Origin: Octopus sinensis
Taxonomy: Eukaryota
NCBI RefSeq assembly: GCF_006345805.1
Contig: NC_043000.1
Span: 109,740,001 to 109,804,000, forward strand
Direction of reading: 5' to 3'
Length of the DNA stretch: 64,000 bases
This document shows positions 10,881 to 22,700 of this stretch, piece after piece. Each line of letters begins with the position of its first letter. Positions within the stretch are counted from its first letter, which is position 1. Below the pieces are notes generated by a model. The model searched no databases, was not told the DNA's origin, and saw only the letters and a program-made list of their open reading frames with translations. Made by a program: the position numbers and the translations under genes.

Positions 10881-13800
10881 TTATCAAAATCATCATTGTC
10901 CTCAAATTACATTTTGGTATCCATTGCAACTAGATGCAGCTTTGTTATTCTTAAACTTTTTTTTTTGTATCTTTCCTTCAAACACTCATCCATCAAAATT
11001 GACGGGATTGACCATCATCATCATCATCGTTGTTGTTATTGTCATTGTCATTAAAATACTCAACTTATAAAATACTTTCTCAAGTAGTGCTGTCTACTTT
11101 TTCATAGTAGTTATTCTTTGCAATAATGAAGGAAATAGCTAACGACTTCCTTAGCAAAAATAATAAAAACAGTGGCACCACCACCACCACAACAACAAAG
11201 TAAGTAATAACATAAAATTAACAAAAACAAAACAAAGACAAGTCCCTGGAGGAGAGAGAACTGAAGTAGCAGGAGGCTGTTTCACCTCTGATACTCTGCA
11301 GTGAAGTAATTTTGCACAAGAACTTCATTACAAAAGAAGAAAAGAGAAATCTTGATTCCGGTCTGTCTTGGGTTTTGCCAAAGATTTTAATCATGAAAAA
11401 AAATGAGTTGAAGTAGGATGTGTGTCATGGGGCATGTAATAAATATAGAACAGTCTGCAACAGACGCAAAAAGAGAGAGAAATGGATAAATAGGCAAAAT
11501 GAATAAATAGACATTGGTGGGAAAATGAATAGGTGCAGGCATGGCTGTGTGGTTATGAAGGTTGCTTTTGCAGCCGTGTGAGTTTGGGTTCAGTCCCACC
11601 ACATGGCACCTTGTGTAAATGACTTTTACTATAGCCCCTGGCTGACCAATGTCTTGTGAGTAGATTTGATTGGCAGAAACTGAAAGAAGCCCATCATACA
11701 TATATATACACACACACACACACACACATGCAACAGGTTTCTGTGAGAAACATTTCTGGTCCTGGGGAACTATTAGCTTGCTTGTAAATTGAAGGTTGGC
11801 AACAGGAAGGGTATCCGGCTGTAGAAAATCTGCCACAACAGATTTCATCTGATCCATGCAAGCATGGAAAAAATCGATGTTAAATGATGGTGATGACGAT
11901 GGATCCTGCTACTAAGGTATACTAAGTGAAGTCATTGTCTTGGCCGATGACAGTACCACCTGATTGGCACCTGTGCTGGTAAAAAGCACCATTCAAGCAT
12001 GGTCGATGCCAGTACCACCTGACTGGCCCGCTTGCCTGTGGCATGTAAAAAGCACCCACTACACTCTCAAAGTGGTTGGCATTAGAAAGGGCATCCAGCT
12101 GGCTGTAGAAACTTTGCCAGTTCAGATTGGAACCTGGTGCAGCCTTCTGGGTTGCCAGCCCTAAGTCAAACCGTCCAACCCATACCATTATGGAAAGCGG
12201 ATGTTAAACGACGATGATGATGATGGAGTGAGCTGATGATATTGATATTTTCACTCATTGTGAAGATAGTAAAGAATGAGCAGGTAAGAAAGGGTGTGTG
12301 TGTGAATGAGAGAGAGAGAGAGAGAGAGAGATGTCTTGTAGATTCTGTTACCTTCAATTTAACAATATGTAACAAGCATACCTTCCACCCTATTAGTCCA
12401 TTAGAGGGATTTTTCTTGACCCCCCCCCTCGGAACTCATAAGGTTGATTACCTGGTTTCTATGGGTTTAAGTGACTAACAACACAATATTCTCCCTCAAT
12501 GTGACATTAGTCCACTGCAGGGTTCAAGGCCAACAATTTTGAGGGGAAGGGACAAGTTGATTACACTGATCCTGGTACTTGACTGGTTTGTTTTTGTTTT
12601 GTTTTGTTTTGTTTTTTTGTTGTTGACCTCAAAGTGTTGTAAGGCAAAGGGAACACTGATGGGATTTGAACTCAGAACATAAAGAACCAGAAGAAATATC
12701 ACTAAGCATTTTGACCGACATTACTAACAATTCTGCCAGCCTTAGATTGAGCGTTTATTGTGTGCTGAATTCTTGATCCTTCCAATTCACAGTACTCTGG
12801 ACAGACTGTCATAAAAAACAAGAAGAAGAAAAAATGTTGATGATGATGACAACAGCTATTTGGTTATGACATTCATCATCATCATCTTTTAATGTCCACC
12901 TTCCATGTTGGCATGGGTTGAACGGTTTGACTGAGGATTGGCAAACCAGGAGGCTGCACCAGACCCCAATCTGTCCTGGCAAGGTTTCTACAGGTGGATG
13001 CCCTTCCTAATGCCAACCACTCCGAGAGTGTAGTGGGTGCTTTTTACCTGCTTCCGCCACGGGTGCCAGCTTGGTGGCACTGGCATCAGCTACGACAACA
13101 ATTTCACTTGACTCAACAGATCTTCTCAAACACAGCATGTTGCCCAACATTGTATCTATATTTTTATATAAACTAAACGGTCAAGTGTGTGGTAAGAATC
13201 ACTGACAGATAAAGTATATTTAGAGCACCCTCTATGATTCCCACAAGAATAGAAAAGTGCCAGACTTAAGAAAGTACTTCAGAATATCTAAAGTGACGGA
13301 ACCAACTCATCAAAGAAAACCTTAAATATTTTTCATCCTCTTGAGTTCTTTACTTGTTGAATACTTCTATCTTGTAATATTCCCTCCTTCTCTTAAGCAT
13401 CATATATCAAGGACTACATTGTACTATGTGTCCTTCTTCATTTAAGATGGTAGAGTATAATTTCTGGATGATTCAGTTGCTATTTCTGATAATTCATGTT
13501 GACCACCACCACATGCACCCACCCAGCCCCACCCCATCCCACCCCATATAGAGATCCCTACTTTAGCACATCAAACATTATTGCTTGAGGAATGTATCAC
13601 CAGTGAAACCTCAAACTCTAATAATAATGATGATGATTTCAAATTTTAGCACAAGGCCAGCAAGTTTGGGAAAAATGGGTAAGTCAATTACATCAACTGC
13701 AATGGTCAACTGGTCAATAATTATCATAACAATAAAGACAATAATAAAGTTTCCTATTTCGGCCCGAGAGCAGCAATTTTGAGGGGTGGGGATTAGTTGA

Positions 13801-14092
13801 TACCATCAACCCTAGTACATGACTGGTACTTTATTTTATTGATCCTGAAAAGATGAAAGGTCCATCTTTAGTTTTTTTCATATGAATTTTTTTTTTAACT
13901 TGAAAAATTGCAGCATAGTAAATGGTATGCTATACAAGCTCATCTGATTATTATAGTATCTGAACATGAAACTTACAGTAGGTCATGTTTAAATCCTGTG
14001 TTTATTAAATGATTTTTATCTCTTACTGTATGGAGTACTTTTCTTGTTGATCCTACCAATTGCAGAACAGTACATGATATCTATCTATCTAT

Positions 14093-14410
14093 CTCAGTGG
14101 TTAGAGCGTCGAGCTTAAGTTTGTGAGGTTGTGAGTTCGAATACCAGACTGGGGTGTGTGTTGTGTTCTTGAGCAAGACACTTTATTTCACATTACTCCA
14201 GTTCACTCAGCTGTAGAAATGAGTTGTGACATCACAGGTGCCAAGCTGTATTGGCCCTTGCCTTTCCCTTGGATAACACTGGTGGCAAGGAAAAGGGAGG
14301 CTGGTATGCATGGGCAACTGCTGGTCTTCCATAAACAAACTTGCCCGGACTTATGCCTGGGAGGGTAACTTTCTAGGTGCAATCCCATGGTCAGTTATGA
14401 CCAAAGGCAG
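14093..14410 (+). mobile_element. tRNA-headed SINE, further family
   Basis: CTCAGTGGTTAGAGCGTCG (A box), GAGTTCGAATACC (B box), then TTGTGTTCTTGAGCAAGACACTT...CCAGTTCACTCAGCTG. Related minus-strand remnants at ~24565-24780 and ~50420-50625. Confidence 0.65.
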
Positions 14411-14424
14411 TCTCATCTCAGCAT

Positions 14425-14471
<47 letters not shown>

Positions 14472-14474
14472 TCT

Positions 14475-14560
14475 TCAGTGAAAAGCAGCTAAATTATCAC
14501 AAAAACTGTTACTCAGAGTCTTATGTTCCCATTCTTCTGACAGTTTTGTTTAGAATGGAA
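14475..14560 (-). mobile_element. Degenerate fragment of the same family
   Basis: Minus strand reads caaaactgt CAGAAGA atg(ggaa)cat AAGA ctctgag TA acagtttttg, adjacent to (TA)n. Confidence 0.55.
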
Positions 14561-14851
14561 CAGAAACAAGGTTATAAGCAAACATATACAGTAAGTTTAA
14601 TGGTTTTGTTTCATTAGTCCTTTCAACTAATGGCCTTTACAATGACCGGTAGCATGCAATGAACAATTATCGGTATAAAATCATCTTATTATAAAATTGA
14701 AGAAAACCTTAAATCAAAGAGTTTATAAATACATAGGGTAAATAATTACATGTAAAATATATATATATATATATATATATAGATATATACATACATACAC
14801 ACACATATATACATATATTTACTAATAATTCTCTTTAAATCATCATCATGT

Positions 14852-15032
14852 TCATCATCGTTTAACATCCGCTTTCCATGCTAGCATGGGTTGGATGATT
14901 TGACTGAGCACTGGCGAACCAGATGGCTGCACCAGAACAGATTGGGGCCTGGTGCAGCCATTTGGTTTGCCAGTCGTCAGTCAAATCGTCCAACCCATGC
15001 TAGCATGGAAGGCAGACATTAAACGATGATGA
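14852..15032. repeat. Fold-back made of two RTE 3' tails pointing outward
   Basis: 84-bp arms (14852-14935 / 14949-15032), 9 mismatches, 13-nt loop, each arm ending in (GAT)n. Confidence 0.85.
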
Positions 15033-15400
15033 TTCAAGCTGAATTATTAGTGAAGGATTATCAGTCCAGGCAAAATACTTTATAAGCTGACTGTTTGTAC
15101 ACCAGGCTGACAATATTGTTTGGATTAGTAAAGAACTCTGCATATTCTTGTGGCAGGGTCCAAGGTTATGGTTCATCACCACTCTATACTGTAACCTGAA
15201 ATGACTCTGACGAAAGTGGCATTAACTTTTTAAGTCATTCAATTTTTTCCAACCAGCCACTGGACCAATTGAGTAAACCTATCAATAATGAACCTGTAAT
15301 GGTTTCTAGAAAGAGCTGTTACTCAAATTTACTGCTATAAAGAAAATTATGTAACAACCATTATTTATACCTTGTTTTATATTACACACTCACATACATA

Positions 15401-15567
15401 GGCGCAAGAGTGGCTGTGTGGTAAGTAGCTTGCTTACCAGCCACATGGTTCCAGGTTCAGTCCCACTGTGTGGCACCTTGGGCAAGTGTCTTCTACTATA
15501 GTCTTGGGCCAACCAAAACCTTATGAGTGGATTTGGTAGACAGAAACTGAAAGAAGCTCATTGTATA

Positions 15568-15604
<37 letters not shown>

Positions 15605-15814
15605 GTATGTGTGTGTATATGTGTCTGTGTTTGTCCCACCAACATCACTTGACAGCTGATGCTGGTGTGTTTACATCCCTGTAACTTAGCAGTTCAGCAA
15701 AAGAGACCAATAGAATAAGTACTAGGCTTACAAAGAATAAGTCCTGGGGTCGATTTGCTCAACTAAAGGCGGTGCTCCAGCATGGCCGCATTCAAATGAT
15801 TGAAAGTAAAAGAG
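15401..15814 (+). mobile_element. SINE family A copy
   Basis: Collinear with 19325-19734. A minus-strand head-only copy follows at ~15825-15985. Confidence 0.82.
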
Positions 15815-18800
15815 TATATGATGGACTTCCACACAGTTTCCATTTACCAAATTCACACTCATGAGGCTTAGTTCAACCCAGAGCTACAGTAAAAGACACT
15901 TATCCAAGGGTGCTGTACAGTAGAACTGAACCCAAGACCACATGGTTGGGAAGCAAGTTTCTTAACCACACAGCCACGCCTGTCCCTCTAGACATTACTA
16001 CAATAGGATTGTGTGTGTGTGTGGTAATGAAAGAAAGAAAAAACAAAATAATTATCGAGATAATTGTTTAAACAAAGCAAATACATTAAATAAATGAAAG
16101 CAAAGAAACTGTCCTTTGATTCCTCAGTCATTTTTAATGTCAGCCAGGAAAAGAGAAAAATCAAAAGAATCCAAACTGCTTTGAATATAGAAACCTCAAT
16201 GGTTTCTGTTTGGTTTAGATTGTGTTTCTAGGAGCTGGAACAATGGACTCTGTCTCCTGTTGAAACTCAACAAACATGCCCTGTTTTAATAAATGGGGTT
16301 TCATTGAACTGTGATGGACAGATACGAACTTGATTTGACCTGCACTTATGTAATTAGGCATAAAACAAAGGAACGTATATTCATAAAGGGGGTAGAGAAG
16401 ACAGGGTGGGGAAGACAGGTAGCTTATGGTCATGTGGTGGTGGGTTTGATTCCTGGGCTAGGTGGTACATTGTATCCTTCAGCAAGGCACTTCATTTCTC
16501 AGTATACACTACTGAAATGAGTACCACCAAAGTGCTAGTGCAGCCCATTCCAGGTGTCACATCCATCGTGTGTGTGTCCCTTTCTTTCTCGGGTGCATGA
16601 GCACTTTCTCTCACATATACATTTCCTTGGCAGTTTCCATCAAGCAAATTCGCTCACGAGGTTTGTAATAGTAGATGCTTGACCAAGGTGCCACACAATG
16701 GGACTGAACCTGAAACCACATGATTGGGAAGCGGACTTCTTACCTACATAGCCATGCCTGTGCCTATAATCATGTCTAAACAGGCTTCTTTCAGTTTCTA
16801 TTTGCTAAATAAAACATTCTTCAATTACACAGTGCTACTACTGTTTACAATGGTGACTACTGCTCATGGTACCTATTTAATGGTTTGTGATCTGGGCCTC
16901 TTAGATTTAAGTGTTTTTAGAAAGGGATATGCTGTCATACTACAAATGCAATACAGGCTGTTATAATATTGTAGACCTAGCCAACCCACACCAGCATGGA
17001 AAATAAACATTAAAATGGTGGTGGTGGTGGAGGTGATGATCATGGTTCTTTTATTAAACCAGAGTTTATTATGGTGTTTGTTTTTTGCTTCAGGAAGAAC
17101 TTACAACTTACCATTTACCATTGTCTGAGAATTCTTTGATGATTAATCACTAATCATCAATCAACTCAATTTGTACCACTCGACCTTTACTTGTTTAATT
17201 TCTTGAAAACCTCTTCTGACCTCACTTCAGTTTTTTCTTCTTTTTGTCTTATTGTCTTAGATTTTCTTCTCACACACACCCTCTCTACCTGCCTCCTATT
17301 CAGGAACAAAAAAAAAAGCCTCTCTTCTGGCTTTGATTCTTTGAGGTGGTCTCTAAAGAAATATTACAACAATGAAATTGTTTTTTTAAGGAACATTACT
17401 TTGAAAAGTTCGTCAAATATGACCAAATTGTTAAGAAGGTTACTTAGCCATCACAATGCTGTGTGTTTAAGTCAAGTGCCAGATGTTATCTTGAGCAAAT
17501 GTCCGTTTCTGTAACTTCAGGTCACTTCATGTCTTGTGAGAGGTTTAGAGGTAGGAGTAAAATTGTATAAGAAGCCATTCGGGTGGATTCTCCCTTGTTG
17601 CACGCTGCGTCATGCTGTGTCTGAGAATTATGTTAAGGATATGCACTGGTGTAGCTCTATGGTAAGAATCTTGCTTCCCATCCACATGGAATCAGATTCA
17701 GCCCTACTGAGTGACACCTTGGGCAAGTGTCTTCTACTATAGCCCCAGGTTCACCAAAGCCTTGTGAGTGGATTTGGTAGATGGAAACTAAAAGAAGCTA
17801 AAAGAAATCCATTGTCTGTGCATGTGTGTGTTTGCCCCCACTACTAACCATCATTTGGCCATATTTGTTGGTTTGTTTATGTCCCCATAACTTAGCAGTT
17901 TGGTTAAAGAGATTGATAGGATTAAAACAAAAATTAAGTAGGGGTCAATGCATTCCACACAGTTTCCATCTACTAAATTCATTCATTCACAAAACATTGG
18001 TTGACCCAGGGCTGTAAGTAGATTCTTATCCAAGGTGTCACACTCTGGAACTGAACCTGAAATCACGTGATTGCAAATCACTTTCTTAATCGTTTATCTT
18101 AGTTTATAACTTTCTCCTCTGATTTTTTTCTCTCTCCAATATTGTTTATTTTTAACATTCTAATACCATCCAGTTTCTCTTCATCTTCATTTTATCTTCT
18201 TCTATCTCCAACATTTTACCAATTCTTTATCTATTAGCTTTTCTAAAATCATTTCATTTTTTTTTTCCTTTTCTTTCCTATCTTTTCTCTTTTTCTATTC
18301 TTTTTTCTTCATTTCATTGTTTCATTCTCTCAGCTTGATTTTGTTGACTCTTTCCTTACCAGATTTCAGTTAAAATTACTTTTAAAAATAATGAAGAATT
18401 CAATAAAACGGTTTTGTCATGATTAAGCTGATGTATGGAACTTAAAACTAGCAGCAAATTTCAATGGAATGTTTTAGTCTAAATCACTTTAAAAGAACCA
18501 GTTTGTTTCAAAGAAGCAGAGACAGTCTTGGGTGGTTTGGTATGAAAAGGGTTGAGAAAAGACTAAACAAATTATTTATTTATCAGGTCATCTCTGGGTT
18601 GCCTTTTCACAACAACCATCGGAAGTTGGGGAAGAGGTGGAGGAGGAGGAAGTGATGGTGGGGGTGCGAGATTTAGGGAATTAATTTCTACCAAATGGGT
18701 CAATAGTTATTATGAGGGAGCAGAGAGGAAGTTGTTTCTAATTCCTGACATTTTGGGTCGGTCATCCATCATGGTACAACACTGGCCAACACAGAGTTAC

Positions 18801-19324
18801 ATTGGTCTCTTATGAGAGAATAAAAGCACACGCACACATATATTTATGTGTGTGTGTATCAGGTGTGAGGTGCATGTGTTGTGTGTTGTGCCTTGTATGT
18901 GTACTGTCCTGTGTATAGTATGTATGTGTGTGTGTTGTATGCTGTATCTGACTCTGTGTGTGTGCATTGCTTCTCTTGTACACTTTATTTATATTTACTC
19001 CCCATGTCTACCAGAAATTGAATACAAAACAGGATCAAAACTGCAGGGTACCATTCCTTAAATTTCTGTACAAAACATATTCTTGAATTTTAGTTACAAG
19101 AAGCTGTGGTTGCTTTATAGTTTTTGAGATGGCGTTTTACTTGAGTCAAGAAAATGCTGTAAGCCTCACGTTTTAAACTTATTCGTAGTTGCGATATTTA
19201 ATATTTTTGTCTGGATAGTCTTTGCAGATATGGTACATGCTATATACGCTCAGGCTAACACCCCCACCTCTCTCTCTCTCTTAAGAAAGCAGTACAGATA
19301 AATATTTGTACATATTTATATAAT

Positions 19325-19734
19325 GTGCAGGAGTGGCTGTGTGGTAAGTAGCTTGCTAACCAACCACATGGTTCTGGGTTCAGTCCCACTGCGTGGCATC
19401 TTGGGCAAGTGTCTTCTGCTATAGCCCCGGGCCGACCAATGCCTTGTGAGTGGATTTGGTAGACGGAAACTGAAAGAAGCCTGTCGTATATATGTATATA
19501 TATGTGTGTGTATGTGTTTGTGTGTCCGTGTTTGTCCCCCTAGCATTGCTTGACAACCGATGCTGGTGTGTTTACGTCCCCGTCACTTAGCGGTTCGGCA
19601 AAAGAGACCGATAGAATAAGTACTGGGCTTACAAAGAATAAGTCCCGGGGTCGATTTGCTCAACTAAAGGCAGTGCTCCAGCATGGCCACAGTCAAATGA
19701 CTGAAACAAGTAAAAGAGTAAAAAGAGTAAAGAG
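19325..19734 (+). mobile_element. tRNA-headed SINE family A, full-length copy
   Basis: A-box-like GTGGCTGTGTGGTAAG, B-box-like GGTTCAGTCCC, central (TA)/(TG) microsatellite, 3' end CAGTCAAATGACTGAAACAAG(TAAAAGAG)n. The same sequence recurs more than 15 times in the window. Confidence 0.85.
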
Positions 19735-22700
19735 TGTGTGTGTGTGTGTGTGTGTGAATGTGGTTGACTTTATAGCACAACAGTTCTTGGGTATTTTCTC
19801 TCAAACATGGCACTATATCCAGCCAGTCCCCGTCTCCCTTAAAATGTATTCTTTAGAAAGGTTTGGTTTGTGGGGCCTCTGTCAGCAAAAATTAGTTTTA
19901 AAAATTGTGTGTGTATGTGTGTGTGTGTTAGATATGGTGCTGTACCCTGAAAAGAATTAGTATTTGGGGGTGTGGGTTTCTTCTTTGGAGAAGAAATCTT
20001 CCAACCCTTCCCCAACAAATGACCCCTTATCTAAACCATTCCAATCTCTTATTCTCTCTCAAAGCTCACAATCCTAATCATCCTCTTCTATTAACATTTT
20101 CGTTTCTTTCCCCTCTTCTTCTTCTTCCTAACCATTCCTTAGCCTCACATGTTCTTCCTTTGTATTTTATTGATTTATTTATTTTGGTGGTGCTTGGAAT
20201 TGCATATCAGAGTTGCTCGACAATAGTGCTGATTTCTATACAAAAAAAAAAAAGAGGGAAGAAAATGGTTTGACAGTATGGAGTCTGTGACCCAGTTTTG
20301 ATTCCCCACTTGGAAACCGATTCAAATTAGTTACCGACTGCCCTTGGGAATGTAATACACACTGCAAATTTTATTTCCTTTTTTCATCACCACCCTTCTA
20401 AATATATGATCTTATACCCTTTATAAAATCCAGGCAGGGCTCTGTGGTTAAGACGCTCTCTCTTTGCAACCACATAGTTTTAAGTTCAGTGCTACTGGCA
20501 GCACCTTGGGCAAGTATCTTTTACTGTAGCCCCGGGCCATGCAATGCTTTGTGAGCAATTTTGGTAGATGGAAACTGTATGGAAGGTGTGTGTGTGATTG
20601 GTGTTTTGCTGGGCTTGAGAATACCTGTCCACCATAGCAGAAATGATTCCTGAAAACCGCTTTGGTAACGCTTTCCCCATCAAGCATTTCCCACACATTT
20701 CATCCCCTAACTGTCATCACTTCTCTGTCTATGGTACCATCCACCTGCTGTAATCACCTGAGAACAGAAGAGGCACATTCTACATCTCCTCCCTTATATT
20801 TCTTATATAGTGTAATAGGTGTAAAACAACATGTAAACAAATATGAAAAAAAAAAGGGGGAAATGGAAGTGGTCCCCACTCTGGTACCACTTCCATTTCT
20901 TATTATCTTCCCTGCCAACTATTTCCCCCAATCCCTTCCTTCCGGTGCCCTCAGCCATTGCTCTTTCTCTTCTCTTAACACCTTTCTTGTCTGCTATCAC
21001 TGTCAATACCCCTCATATATCTACCACAGCCACCTCTATATCTCTCACCATCACTGGTTACATTTACCTCTACCCTGTCTCTAATCACCTCTCCTCACAC
21101 TCTTACAAAACTTCCCCCTCTACCCCCGACCACTTCCTCTATCCTCCCTGTTCAAACCTCTACCACTTCACTTACATTCCCCTCTCCCCCCACAATGAAC
21201 CTTGTGGGCACGCCCCCCCACACACACACTTCTGCTTCTCCACCTCTCCCCGACCTCTCTTTTCTAACTGGGGTATCCTTGTATCTCCTCTACAGCAAGA
21301 CACTTGTCTCTATCACTTTATTGTACTTTGACCTCACACTGTCTGGCACAAAATCACCTCCCTTAATCCTACTCCCCTCCCAGTCCAGGGGTCTTTGACT
21401 TGGTGACCCCACCAGTGCTGGTGTCACATGAAAAGCAACTGTAAAGTGGTTGATGTTAGAAAGGGTGTCCAGCTGTAAAATCCATGCCAAATCAGACAAT
21501 AGGTGCAAACCTTCTGCCTTGCCAGACCCCTTCAACCCATCCAACCCATGCCAGTATGGAAAAGCAGACACGGCAGGACAATGATTATTATTCATTGTCG
21601 ATTCACTTTTCCATGCTTTCATGGGTTGGACAGCATTTGTTGAGGCAGATTTTCTACAGCTGGCATGCCCTTCCTGTTAACAACTCTCACCCATTTTCAA
21701 ACAAGAATATTATGTTACGCATGGCCAAACATGTTTTTCAGGGAAGATTGAAATTGATCAACCTCGCTTGTATGACAGTGATGCTCATTTACAACCATTA
21801 CTCACACACACACACATGTATACAATGAGCTTCTTTCAGTTTCCATCTACAAAAGCCCACAGCTATTGTAGAAGACACTTGTGCAAGACACCCTACCATG
21901 GGACTGAACCTAGAACCATGTGGTTGGGAATCAAGGTTCTTACTATGCAATCATGCCTGCATCCATATTATTTATTATTGTTATAACGTAATAATAGTTT
22001 CAAATTTTGGGACAAGGCCAGCAATTTTGTGGGAGGCGGGATTAGTCCATCAACCTCAGCCCTCAACCAGCCCTTATTTTATTAACCCCCCCAAAAAATG
22101 AAAGGCAAATTCAGCCTTGGCAAAATTTGAACTCTGAACATAAAGACGGACAAGATGCTGCTAAAATAATTTGCTCGGCTTGCTAACGATTCTGCCAGCT
22201 TGATTATCATAATGTTATAATTATGCTCTCCTTCTTTCCTTTGAGCTGTTATGGCTAATAAAGAAATTACTGTTGTTGTTGTTGCTGTTTACTCCCCACC
22301 ATTACCACCACCATTGTAACAAAGAGGGTCTTTGTCCTTTAACTTTTCCATCAAGAAACAGGTTACTCTTTGCAGGTGATTTATTTATTTATTTGTGGAC
22401 ACCACCACCACCACCATAATCTTCACTGTCTCCACAACCTTCACCTCCAGCACAACCTCTCCTCCCACTGCCACCACCACCACCTGAAGAACCTCCACTT
22501 CCACAGCTTCTAATACAACCACTACCATCACACTCTACATGCCACCGCTGCCACCACCACAGCTGTGTAGGTTTTCCTTTTCTTCTTTCCTCTTATTTTC
22601 ATTTTCTTCCATGTTTGTTTTTCTCTTTCTTTGTTTTCTTTCTTCCTTTAGTATCCTTTCTTTTCTTCTTTTTCTCCCCCCTCCCAATGTCTTTGTTGTT

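Noticed and set aside
14093-14170. tRNA-like A and B boxes (also at SINE A and C heads and ~8340-8375)
   Set aside because: No complete cloverleaf; they continue into SINE bodies or are isolated.
20662-21331. Overlapping 140- and 162-aa ORFs
   Set aside because: Pyrimidine-rich biased sequence with no recognisable motif or splice support.
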